A stretch of DNA of 36,769 nt from Vicugna vicugna (lineage: Eukaryota), in NCBI GenBank assembly GCA_013265495.1, contig MU057560.1:3658909-3695677 (forward strand), written 5' to 3'. The notes under the pieces were generated by a model. That model was not told the origin of the DNA. It saw nothing but the letters and a program-made list of their open reading frames with translations, and made no database searches. Shown here piece by piece: positions 1-10,698 of this stretch; within the stretch, counting starts at the first letter, position 1, and every line of letters starts with the position of its first letter. The position numbers were made by a program, and so were the translations under genes.

Positions 1-1039
1 AAAATGATGAGGTAGACTTTGTTAAAATTTGAAACTATAAAAACACCTTAATAATTAAAAACATATTTGCCTTTTGCTTTGAGTTTTTCCAGTTCCCATG
101 AGCCCGTTATTTTAGCATCACACTCTAATCAAATCTGCCCTAAACAGAAATAATGCCGTATGTCATTAAACATTTGGTTGATGCAGGAAGAACCTTTTGC
201 AAATGTGAATTAAAGGGTGAAACATAGAGGAGTTTGGTGGAGAGGAGGAAGAAGTTTGGGGGATGTCAAGGGCCACAGTGGCAGTTGTGAGGCCAGTTCT
301 GCCTCAGTCCAACGTGAAGAATCTCCACTACTCTCCTAATTACTCAGGTTCACACCCGTTGAACTCATTTGATTTGTTATTCACAATGGACTGTCAATTA
401 CTCAAGAACATTCTCTGGAATATATTAAACTCTGGATGCTAGACACATCCCAGAAATACACAGACAAGTTGTTGCTATCACTAGTGAAATGTCAAAAGAC
501 CTTGGGATTCAGCTGAAGGAAACATACATGTTTGCACAACTGGGGAAGCTGTGTAGGGCGCAGGATGGAGCAGAGCCTTTGGCAGCTGGAAAATCTGGGC
601 CACATACTCTGTGGTCCTTGTTGTGACAGCCACATAGTGAAAAGAAAAGGCCACATACTTAGTACACATACTACTCCTACATAACTTAGTAAGGGAGGCC
701 ATCTCAAAAATAAACTGATTTTAATACCTTGTCAGCCAGAAGTACACAATTTTAAGAAAAATAAGCAAGCTAAAGGATTGGAAAGTGACAGAAATTGCTT
801 TTTTATTTAGTGTGCTTAGGGACTCTCTGAGCATGTAATATCTAAGAGAAGAAAGCAAGTCTAGAAAAAGTCAGAGGAGGGGGCAGTGAAGAATGAGGAA
901 CAGGAACAAAAATCTTGTACCTGGAATAAGCCTGGTGTCTGAAATCCAAGTGTTCTGAACACGGCAAGTTTGTGGAAAGGTAGCAGGAAAGGAAGACAAA
1001 GAGTTTGCCATGGTTAGATGCTGTCTATGTGCACAGTTT

Positions 1040-1145
1040 GATTAAACTGGAGCCAGTCTTCTCGGAAACCCCTTCTCCTCTGAATTGGCTTTGGCCACAG
1101 GAGGTGTCTTGCATGAGTCGAATGAGGAGTGCAAAGCAGCAGCCG
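1040..1145. mobile_element. Degraded ERVL-type LTR fragment (LTR41/LTR33/LTR50-like)
   Basis: ctggagccagt...cccttctcc...ttggccacaggagg...aaagcagcagcc resembles the recalled consensus of old ERVL LTRs; highly diverged. Confidence 0.3.
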
Positions 1146-1404
1146 GTGTTTGCCCAGAGTGAGTGAGAGGACACATCATACTGGGGGAGGCGCTGTTCCA
1201 TAGGTGTGGTTAGAGGGAAAATGATGAGAGGGAGTGAAGATAGAGGACGCTGTCTATGGAGGTAGCACTAAGATGATGGAAGACCTGCATACAGCAGGTG
1301 TTGGAGCTGAGACACGTCCTGGAACAAGGCCTGCCCCCACCCACTGCATGCATTTCTCTGTCTGAAAGGTGTGTGACCCGCAGGTCATGTGACACCACAG
1401 CCAG

Positions 1405-1422
1405 CTAACCCTAACCCTAACC
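1405..1422 (-). repeat. Three perfect telomeric hexamers (CTAACC)x3, i.e. TTAGGG on the minus strand
   Basis: ctaaccctaaccctaacc read directly. Confidence 0.8.
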
Positions 1423-1639
1423 AGCCATATCAGTACAAAGGAAAATCATGTCTTGGAAACGGTGCAGCTGAGCACTTCTGGGAACACTAAAGACCACCTT
1501 TACTAAGTAAAGTTAAAAGAAAATAGAAACTTAGAAAACTTATCTGTTAACTAGATAACCTCAGTGTCAGAGAGAAAGCTTTGTGAAGTACACCACCTGA
1601 CAGGAGCTGTGATCTCGGAGCAAGGACCACCACAGCTCA

Positions 1640-1797
1640 CCATGGCCAGCAGAGCAGTAAGTACCTGCTGATTGAGCCAATGAAAAGCTGGAAGGCAGGA
1701 GAACCTATGGACAGTTCACATGGGTCAGCTTTCCAGGGCACTGACAGAGCGAAGGTGGCTGGGACTGGGTCTGGAGAGCAAGCAGACCTCCAGCACG
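1640..1797 (-). mobile_element. Old LTR fragment (LTR33/MLT1K-like)
   Basis: gggtcagctttccagggcactgacagagc...ggtctggagagcaagcagacctccagcac matches the reverse complement of the recalled LTR33/MLT1K start. Confidence 0.45.
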
Positions 1798-3356
1798 TTC
1801 AATCACTGCGCTTCTGTGATGGTCACAGTGACCACAAATGATTCTAAGGTAAATACAAATTTGCTTTTTTATTGTATATCACTGCTATGGAGTGTCTGTC
1901 TCGTAGGTATTCCAGCAAGAATTCAGGGCCTGTAAGTTGTATGATTGGTTCTTTCTTGAATGTACACATGAGTAATTTGCCTGACGTTCCTCAGGGCTCA
2001 TAGTAGTGTACTAAGAAATAATCTGAGTGTCTGTGATACTGTACAAAACTAGCATTCAACCCTTAGTAAAGGTTTCCCTGTGTTCTTCTACGTGTGTTTG
2101 GAAGGACCACAGGTGTGCAGTGATAAGTAGGTGACACCTCAGACAAGAGAGCCCTCTGCTGGAAACTGGTTGAGCTGGACCATTGCTTGTCTGCCCCTCA
2201 GGCCTGAGCTCTGATCCAAGAATGAAATGTCTGTTCAGCTCACTGACTGCTTTAAATCCAACTCCACCTCAGCCAAGGGTGTCAGGGCCTCAGAGGTCAC
2301 AAAGGACTTCCACCTCCCCTCCCACCTGGGAAGGGTGGCGCTGGCCCTCTCTGCCTGGACACACATGTCCACCTGGATGGTCAGAGGTCAAGGGCTGTCC
2401 TAATGCTGCCCACTTGGACTGGAGGAAGGAAGTCCCAGGAGGGCCCCACCAGTCCTCAAAAGGCTGCAGCTAGGCTCTGGCAGGTTGCCGCACCCAGTCT
2501 ATATAAACTGACGCATGTCTACTGAGGGCCCTGTGTGTCAGGGCTGTGTGGCCACCACACCGTTTCCACAGTGGCTGCACCATTTTACCTTATTCCTTTA
2601 GATCGCAGAATAAGATGGTAGTTTGTGGATGTAGTCCATCTGTTTATCTGTTCACTCTTTGATGGATATTTCAATTGTCCTACCTTTTGGCCATTGTGAA
2701 CAGTGCTACTATGAATATTCACATACACATTTTTTGTTTGAACATCTGTTTCTAATGCTTTGGAGTCTATATCTAAGAGTGGAGTTTTTGAACCATATGG
2801 TAACTGTATTTTTATCTTTTTGAGGAAATGACAAACAATTATACACATAGGCTGCACCATTTTCCATTTCTACAAGCAATATTTAAGGGTTTCAATTTCC
2901 CTGCATTGTTGTCAACATTTGTTATTTTTAGTTTTCTTGATTGTAGGCATTCTAGTATGTGTGAAGGGGTATGGCATTGTGGGATAAATTTTCATTTCCA
3001 TGATGACTAATGATGTTTAACATCTTTTCATGTGCTTGTTAACTGTATCTCTTGTCTGGAGAAAGGTCTATTCAGGTCCTGTTGCCATTTTAAAAACTGG
3101 ATTGTTTGTCTTTTTGTTGATAAATTGTAAATCTGGATAAAGACTCATTTCAGATATGTAACATGCAAATATTTTCTTCCATTCTGTGGGCTGTCTTTTC
3201 ACTTTCTGGATAGCACCTTTGATGCTCAAAGGTTTTTAATTTTGAGGAAATTCAATTTATCTTTTTCTCTTATTTCTTGTGCTGTGGTGTCAGATCTAAG
3301 AAAATTGCTGAATCCAAGGTCATAATTTCTCCCCATTGTTCCTTCGAGAGTTTATA

Positions 3357-3742
3357 TAGCTGTCACTCTATTTCTGTGGGGTACTGATTCCAGGACACTC
3401 AGTGGATATGCAAATCTGTAGGTTCTTTACATAAAATGATATAGTATTTCCAAATAATCTAAGCATATCTTCCTGTATACTTTAAATCACCTCTAGATTA
3501 CCTGTAATACCTGATACAGTGTAAATAACATGTAAATAGTTGTGAAGAAAATGTAAATGTTATTTAAATAGTTGCTGTCATGGGACAAAGTCAATTTTTT
3601 CTTCATGGAACTTTCTGGAACTATGTTGTTGTTGGTGGTGGGGGGGTGTGTGTGTGTGCGTGTTGCTGATTTTTTTTAAAATTGCTCCCTGATGTTGGTT
3701 GAATCTGCACCTGTGAAACCTGCAGGTAGGGAGGGCTGACTG
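3357..3742 (+). mobile_element. MER2-type (Tigger/TcMar) non-autonomous DNA transposon
   Basis: tgattccaggacac...tcctgtatactttaaatcacctctagattac...ggttgaatctgc...gagggctgactg, flanked by TA on both sides (3355-3356, 3743-3744). Confidence 0.85.
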
Positions 3743-4019
3743 TAATTTTACCTCTTCTTAAACTTTATCTATTTTGAGTTAATTTTATATGTGGTGGGAA
3801 GTAAAGATCCAATTTCATTCCCTTGCATGTGGATAGCCAATTGCCTAGCACCATTTGTTGAAAACACCATTTTCCCTCAATTTAATGCTGGCCACTGTTG
3901 TCAAAAATCAGTTGATCCTAGATTGATGGGTTTACTTCTGGGCCCTCCATTCAAATCCATGGATCTGTACATGTATATTTATACCAGTGTCAACTGTTTA
4001 ATTTACTGTTGCTTGGTAC

Positions 4020-4476
4020 TGCTAATTAAAAATTGGCATTTGCCATCTAACTCTCCTTGGATTAAATTGTGAGCCACTGCAGCCACTGACCTCCAACACA
4101 CCCTGAAAGGAGTGCAGGATGGAGGTCAAGCATGAGGCACTCTGTGCTCTGGGAAAACTGACTGAACAGGCCTTCAGATAGTTAGATATTTTCGGGAGAA
4201 GATTTTATAAGCCCAAATTCCTGCATCTCCTCCTATCTAGAAAAACACTAAATTCATCAATGGTGACAACTGCTCCTCGTGACTAGCAGCTAGCCTTTAC
4301 CTGAGTGTGTGCTTGATTGCACATACAAGCCCCCCTTCACTGAAATCACATATAAAACTGAGGAACAGTTTCTCAGAGCTTTCTGGGGTGCCATCTCCCA
4401 GGCTATAGTCTTCATTTTGCCCCAAGTAAATCTTAACCTGCAACTCTCACACTGTGTGATTTTATTGTAGTCGACA
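4020..4476 (+). mobile_element. Solo ERV1 LTR inserted in L1
   Basis: TG...CA ends with a 4-bp TSD GTAC (4016-4019, 4477-4480); TATAAAA near 4351; agtaaa poly(A)-like signal; 3' end gtcgaca similar to the LTRs at 9210, 16964 and 19894. Confidence 0.9.
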
Positions 4477-5432
4477 GTACTAAGATTCGAAATTGGGAAA
4501 CATGATCCTACAGTTTTGATTTTCCCTTTCAAAGTTGTTTTGGCTCTTTGGAGTTCCCTGTAGTTCCATACGTAGGGTAGGATAGGCTTGTGTATTTCTT
4601 CCCTTAGGCCTTGGGACATTTCACAGGAGCCACATTGAATCTGTAGGTTGCATCGTGCACTGTTGCCATCTTAACAAGATTAAGTCTTTCTATCACCATG
4701 GGATGTCTCCATATTTAATTAGGGTTTCTTTCACCAATGCTTTATAATTCTCAGTGTACCAGTCTTGCATCCTTATTAAACCTGTTCCAAAATATTGTAT
4801 TAATGCTGACATTATTTAAAGGAGAATTGTTTTCTTAAATTCCTTTTCAGGTTATTAATTGCTAGTGTCTACAAATAAAATTAACTTTTGTTTCTTGATA
4901 TTTTGCTCTGTAGTTTTGCTGAACTAGTTTAGTAGCTCAGATAACTTCCTGTTGATTCTTTAGGTGGGTCTATATATAAGATGATGTGAGTGGTGTCTCT
5001 GAATAGAAATGGTTTTACTTTTTCCTTCCACATGTGGTTGTATTTTCCTTCTTTTCTCATTACTCAGTGTAGAGATTCCAGTACAGTACTGAGTAACAGT
5101 GGGGAAAGCAAGCATCATGGACTTTTTTTCTTGATTTCAGGAGTAAACCTTCAACTTGAGCATGAAGTTTGCTATGGACTTTGCATAATAGTTTTTTTTT
5201 AATCATATTGAACAGATTTCCTTTTAATTTCTTGAGTGTTTATGAACATGAAATAGCACTGGATTTTGTTTAAAGTTTTTTTCTATATCAATATAACCAT
5301 GTGTTTTTATGTCACATAGTTACTGTGGTGTATTACCTTGTTTGGTTTTAATTTGTTGAAAAACCTGGATTTCTGGTGTACAGACACTTGCTTGTAGTGC
5401 ACAGTCCACGCCTCCCCTCTATTTTTTAACCT

Positions 5433-5737
5433 GTTATGGTTAATGGGTATGGGTTAAATTTAGGGTTAGGGTAAGATATGGGTATGAGTCAGGGCTAGAC
5501 TAAGCCTAGTGTTTAGTCCTGGGTCAGGATCAGTGTCCACATTCAGGGTTGTTGTAGGGGTTGTAGAGTTAGGGTTAGAGGGTTAGGGTGAGGGTAAGGG
5601 TCAGTGTTTAGAGTTTAGGAGTCAGGGCCAAGGGTCTAGGGGCCTGGGGTTAGGGTATAGGGTTATAGGTTAGGTGATCAGGGTATAGGTGAGGGTGTTA
5701 GGTTTAGAGCATTAGGGTTAGAAGAGTTAGGTTTAAG
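5433..5737 (+). repeat. Degenerate interstitial telomeric (TTAGGG-like) tract
   Basis: About 50 hexamer-phase units including ttagggttaggg, gtgagg, tcaggg, tataggg. Confidence 0.9.
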
Positions 5738-6720
5738 CATCACTGGCCCATTCCCTTCTCTCTCTTATCCATCTCTCTGAGGCCTCCAGGATGGACAGGA
5801 TTAGCCCAGAGTCACACATGAGTCAGGGAGTTGACTGTACCACTGTTTTTCTGCCCCCCTGTCCTGGGCACTGAAAGAATGAAATGTCTGTTGTTATCAC
5901 TGACTGTTTCAAATCCAACTCAATCTCAGTCAAGGCTTGTGGAACCTCAGAAGTCACAAGTGTTTTCCTCTGCCCTCTCACCTGGGCAAGGCATTGCTGT
6001 CCCCACTCTGCCTATGCAGCCCCAGGTTCCAGCACAGTATTGGCACCCAGAAAACTCAGTAGACATGTGTGGATGTACACAGGGCTGGGTGGAGGGACCT
6101 GCCAGCCCCCAGGTGCTCCCTTTGTGTGTGCTGATGGGCCACCCCCTGGAACTGGCTGGATCTTTTGTCCCATCTGAGTGGGCATCAAGGGATAGTCAAG
6201 TCAGGCAGGACAGCCCTTGACTTCTGACCATCTGGGCAGGCATTCATGGTCCTCCAGCTCAGGCCAGCCTGGGCCTGTCAAGACTCTGTTGTCAGTTACT
6301 AAGCTGACTATGCCGTTGGGCAATTCAACAACCCCCTGGGTAGTGTAGAGAGCACCTTGGGATATTTCAGTTCTCTACATCCATGAGGCTGGCAAAAGTG
6401 CCTTCTGCCTTGCTACCTCTTAGCTTGCTAAGAGAGATAATAAACCATGTGGTGCCCTGACCTGGGGTCCTTGGCAAGCACCACACCCCATTGCCTTTAC
6501 CTGATGTGCTTTTGGAGAGTCCTCCCCTGCCCCCAGCAGAAATACTGGGCCTGAGGCTCTCAAGTGCTCTGCCCCACCAGGCCTCACCACTGAGCCACAA
6601 GATCAGCCTTGCACACCCCTCCTTCCCCAAGGGAAAATCACACAGAAGAGAGGAATGGGAAGTCCTACTTGTCAGCATGACAGGGAACAGGGACATGGAC
6701 CAAAGCGCCTCAAGAGGCCT

Positions 6721-7148
6721 GGGTCCATAGCACCCAGAATCCCCTGCGTGGCCCGGGGATACAGTACTCAGAATCCTTCATGTGGCGTGGAACTACAGTA
6801 CCCAGAATCCTAGGTGTGCCACATCCTGGGACTACAACACCCAGAAGACTCAGCATGCCTGCCTGCCCAGGACTACAGTACCCAGAATCCTCGGTATTTT
6901 TGTTCATCTCAGAACTACAGTAACCAGAATCCACGTGCACCCTCCCCTAATCCTGGGGCTACAGTACTCAGAGGTCTTGGTATGTTACCAGCTCCCCACT
7001 GCTGCCCGTCCAGGGACTACAGTATCCAGGATCCTCAGTGTTTGTGCTCATTCTGGGACTACAGTACCTAGAATCTTTGGCGTTTCTGCTAACCCCAGAT
7101 CTACAGGACCTAGAATCCTCGGCGTGGCTCTGGACTGCAATGCCAGGG
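6721..7148 (+). promoter_or_regulatory. Array of ~11 copies of 23-bp GGGACTACAGTACCCAGAATCCT (ACTACA plus ZNF143/Staf SBS-like motif) with dissimilar spacers
   Basis: Copies start at 6721, 6755, 6789, 6828, 6869, 6911, 6955, 7013, 7055, 7097, 7131; matches the ACTACAnnTCCCA(G/T)AAT(G/C)C promoter motif. Confidence 0.7.
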
Positions 7149-7254
7149 CCCACACTAATCCAACCTGGTTCATTGGCAGCGGAGGGTTTTTTTCTGAGCC
7201 TGCAGTTTGTTACCTGGTTGGTGGCCACTTTGGCTCCACCCTTTCCTGCTCTTG

Positions 7255-7277
7255 TTTTTTTTTTTTTTTTTTTTTTT
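7255..7277 (+). repeat. poly(T) tract followed by GTAG (possible splice acceptor, exon start 7282)
   Basis: Run of about 23 T followed by gtag|ggcaacc. Confidence 0.5.
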
Positions 7278-7594
7278 GTAGGGCAACCAGGACCCTTGAG
7301 CGCAGGCCTGCAGTGGCCTGGGAAAACCGTGCACCATGGGCTGATCCCCAATATCCACAGGGCAGACTGAGGCCTGAGGACTCCCCCAGTTGCTGGCTGG
7401 AATGCATCTCTGTGTGCTCCTGTGGGGTCCTGAGTCCTTTCGCTTGGCATCTGGGCTCTCTTGTCAGTGATGGTCTCCTGGCACCACAGGCATCTGTGCC
7501 TAAATCCCAGGTTTCTGCCCAGCCCAATCTTTGAACCTCTGTGACTTCCCTGAAAGCCCTTCTACTGGGTGGGAAGGCCTTTCCAGCTGGGCAC

Positions 7595-8160
7595 TGAGGC
7601 AGGAAGGGGCAGGGCACAGCCATTCAAGGAATGCTACAGCAATTAACATCAAAATAGTGAATGATTCAACTCCCAGTAGGCCTTAAGGCTCAAGATGACG
7701 GGATATTTAACTTCTAGTTGACCTTGAGCTTCATTATATGCTTATTATAATATGTTAGCATGATGAATAACATGCCTACAGGTGCCATGACAGTCCCAAG
7801 GCTAGCCACAAAAGGTCAAAGAGTGGGAAATAGCCAAATTCCCGGGAATCCAAGCCCCTTCCCCAGGATAGTTAGACTGGTCCTTCCACTTATTTGCATA
7901 TGAAGCTACCAAAGCTCATAAAAATGGGCAACCCTGCCCCTCATGGCCTCTCTGTCTCCCCCATCCCACCATTCAGGGGTGGCCTGCACTCTGTCTATGA
8001 AGTGTGTACCTACTTTTAATTTGAGCACCCAACCCCCACACCTTATGGTCTTTCTCTTGTCTTTCAATATATCTCTCTGAATAAATCTACCTTTATTCAA
8101 CTGTGGCTTGCTCTTGAATTCTTTCCTGTGCAAAGCCAAGGACCCATGCCTGGCAGGGCA
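7595..8160 (+). mobile_element. MER41-like ERV1 LTR
   Basis: Starts TGAGGCAGGA; contains tgccatgacagt, aataaa near 8080 and gaattctttcctgtgcaaagccaaggaccc typical of the MER41 3' part. Confidence 0.75.
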
Positions 8161-8242
8161 TGTCCCAGTGATGCAGGAAAACAGATGTGAGGCCTGAGAA
8201 GGGCTGTGTCCCAGGCTTCAGTTGAGCCCCTGGGATGTGCCA

Positions 8243-8424
8243 CAAGGTGTGGGAGGTTGGGTGCTCAGATTAAAAGTAGGTACACACTCCGTGGACAGAG
8301 TGTGGGCCAGCTCCAAACGTCTACTAGGAGTTAAAGGCCTACTGGGGGTTGAATTTTTCACCATTTTGATGTTAATTGCTGTAGCATTCCTTGAATGGCC
8401 GTGCCCTGCCCCCTTTCTGTCTCA
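8243..8424 (-). mobile_element. Internally deleted MER41-like LTR, inverted relative to 7595-8160
   Basis: Reverse complement of 7595-7690 joined to the reverse complement of ~7980-8045; preceded on the minus strand by purine-rich gagggtggaa (PPT-like), so probably a 3' LTR. Confidence 0.8.
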
Positions 8425-9205
8425 TTCCACCCTCAGAGATTTTACTCCCATTATCTTATGGGGTTGTGGAGGGGCAAAGAAGGTCCATCTTTTGAAACTG
8501 CTTCCAGCTTGAGTAGGGTCATTGGCCCTGCATATCAGGGAGTAAAAATCTCTGAATGTCTAATCTAGGGACCCCAGGAACAGGACAGCCTTTTGTTTTT
8601 GCATCCAAGGGCTGAGGGTATTGGCTGGAATCCTCACATAGCCATCATCAGATGTGGGGCTGCTGTAACCCACTGTTTTCATTGACTTTTGGTGAATTTT
8701 CTTAAAGATGAAGCACCTTTGTAACAGCACTTTGACTGTAACAACAAAAAGACTTAAAAGTTATGGTTAAACATCTGTAATTGATAGAGACTTGTTTGTG
8801 ATTACTAGAATTGTGACTGATTATGTTTAACTTAACATATTTAAAAAAAAAAGTTAACTTAATATCTAAGATGCCCTAGACTTCCTTTAAAGCATCTCAA
8901 AGTTAGCAGCAGCTAAAAAGAACTTTTAGAACTTGTCAAATATTTAAAATCCTGATTATGCATGAAATTTTTGTGTTTTATGAAACTCTTTTACTGGAAA
9001 CATATATCTTTCTCACTGTATATTAAAATACTTATTTTAGGAGCTTTAATTGGATATATTTAAGCAATTATGTACTGTTGTAATCATCGTTACATGGTGG
9101 GTTTTTTTTTAAACATGTACCTGAAGTTGTGTATTGCCTCGCAAGTGTAGGTTTCTCCTGGTTCCCGTTGGGGCTTATAAGTTACAAGTTTTATTTTGGA
9201 TAAAT
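8425..9205 (-). mobile_element. ERV1 (MER4-group) internal fragment
   Basis: Adjoins the PPT/LTR; the reverse complement of ~8690-8830 resembles the provirus interior at ~13955-14105; right boundary uncertain. Confidence 0.55.
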
Positions 9206-9209
9206 GTAC

Positions 9210-9682
9210 TGTGAATAAATAGTAGTGCAAGCCATATCAGTAAGCAAAGAATGCTGAAACCATCAAGTCATCAGCAGCTGCTGCCACCCCCCAGTGAAGA
9301 CAAGCCTGCCTCCTAGCCTCTCCAGGCACTCACAGTGGTGCACCCTGAGGGGACTCAGAATAATAAAGGACAAGATACTAGCCCTAGACAGCTAGGTGCT
9401 TGTCAAAGGAAGGAATTCAATGAGTGCAAATGTTTGCTTCCTCCCATACATAGAAAAGCACTAAATTCTTTTACTTGAGATGCTTGCTTTTTTTAAGATA
9501 ACAAGTAATCTTTTATTGTTCCAACTACCTGGTCTTTGTTGTAAAGCTCCTATATATCCTAGCTCCTTCCTTACCTCTTTGGAGCTCAGAGAGATCTGAG
9601 AGGCTGTCATCTCAGCTTGAATCCTCCTGCTGAATAAAACATAACTCTCAACTTTTAGGCTGCCCATTTATTTCAGTTGACT
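9210..9682 (+). mobile_element. 5' LTR of provirus
   Basis: tgtgaataaat...tatatat...aataaaa...ttcagttgac; preceded by GTAC; first ~270 bp repeated at 16207 (about 33 mismatches in ~272 bp by eye). Confidence 0.9.
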
Positions 9683-9686
9683 GTTA

Positions 9687-9703
9687 TGCTGACCAGAAGG
9701 GAC
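9687..9703 (+). other. Degenerate primer-binding site, tRNA-Arg type
   Basis: tgctgaccagaagggac versus the Arg PBS TGGCGACCACGAAGGGAC, immediately after the LTR. Confidence 0.6.
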
Positions 9704-9897
9704 CGAGAGCAGACTTCTCTCCTTTACCTGAACTCTATGAGGAACCAGAGCCTTGGTACCAGCAGAGGCCCTTTGTGCCCATCTGCCTCCTTGAGTCCAG
9801 ATGAATTTGGGTGAGTCTCTCCTGGTTCTCAGATCTCTAATATTGGTTGATGATCCTGAGTTTTACTTGGTGGTGTATCCAGTACCTGGCCCTCCAG

Positions 9898-10140
9898 TTG
9901 AAAGGTACCAGGGTGGAGGGATACCCACCCAGTGGAGACATGCTGGGTGGGATCTGATTGAAAGATAAGAGGAAATACACACCTAGATGAGACATCCTAG
10001 GTGAGGGGGATGCTGCTTGAAAGACACCAGGGAAATACCCACCTTGAGGAGATGTCTTAGGTGGGGCTTTGTGAAAGATGCCAGGGAAATACCCACCCAG
10101 TGGATACACCCTGGCTGGGGCCTGGTTGAAAGATACCAGG
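9898..10140 (+). repeat. About 4.3 tandem 54-60-bp units in the ERV leader, each holding a stem-loop (Psi-like)
   Basis: Units begin (T/G)TGAAAG at 9898, 9958, 10017, 10071, 10126; each contains C(C/A)CACCYAG...CTRGGTG-type inverted arms. Confidence 0.85.
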
Positions 10141-10660
10141 GTCTGGACAGAGTGGTTAGGTAAGAGGTTGGTCTAATGCTTTCCTCATTTTGGTTACCTC
10201 CATTGAATTTATCAGGATAAAAGTAAAAATCTTATGAGGAGCCTTTTGATTCCAAAAATGGGACTCTCCCCCTGGTTGGCAACAGCTTTTTCAGGTGACT
10301 GAGAAACTTGCAGGAGTGGTAGAGGCAAATGTGCAGTTGTCTCTGTGGGGAAACCTACTAGCAATTTTATTTTAATAACCTGACCTTAGATTGGGAATAG
10401 ACCTTTGAAAACAAAAGAAAAAGAAATGACAGACTTCCAGCCTCCAACTAATACCCCAACCAGGTTTATGTATGTACAAAACTTACAAATTTAATTGAAA
10501 ATTAAAAAAATCTCACCCTGAAAATAACTAGCCAGGCCTGATAAAAATATTTTTTGGAATTCTGATCTTACAAAAACAAAAGCCCCTTTAGGGGGACTTG
10601 GATTTCTCTTCCTGTGTCCTTGAAATGTAAATGTTTTATCTTTCTCTGGGCATTTTCTGT

Positions 10661-10698
10661 GTATGTATGTATGTATGTATGTATGTATGTATGTATGT
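10661..10698 (+). repeat. (GTAT)n microsatellite
   Basis: gtatgtatgtat... about 9 units. Confidence 0.95.

Larger units (their letters stand above)
2560..5400 (-). mobile_element. Old L1 (L1M-type) 3' end/ORF2 remnant, interrupted by MER2 and a solo LTR
   Basis: Typical antisense L1 text (gtggctgcaccatttt; ttttggccattgtgaacagtgctactatgaatattc; gcatgtggatagccaattgcctagcaccatttgttgaaa); minus ORF 2585-2860 contains an L1 ORF2 C-terminal-like IQLPYGSKTPLLDIDSK. Confidence 0.9.

Noticed and set aside
345..520. Possible coding exon after ...tcctaattactcag
   Set aside because: Stops in all frames and no recognisable protein similarity
6721..7148. CRISPR array (repeat-spacer appearance)
   Set aside because: Mammalian context, no cas genes, degenerate repeats and irregular 11-35-bp spacers; the motif is explained by a eukaryotic TF site
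6782..7534. 250-aa ORF and overlapping ORFs
   Set aside because: Built from the motif array and a poly(T) run (poly-Phe), non-ATG start, no recognisable domain
9898..10140. CRISPR-like repeats containing TTGAAAG
   Set aside because: The whole units are homologous with no unique spacers, and they lie in an ERV leader
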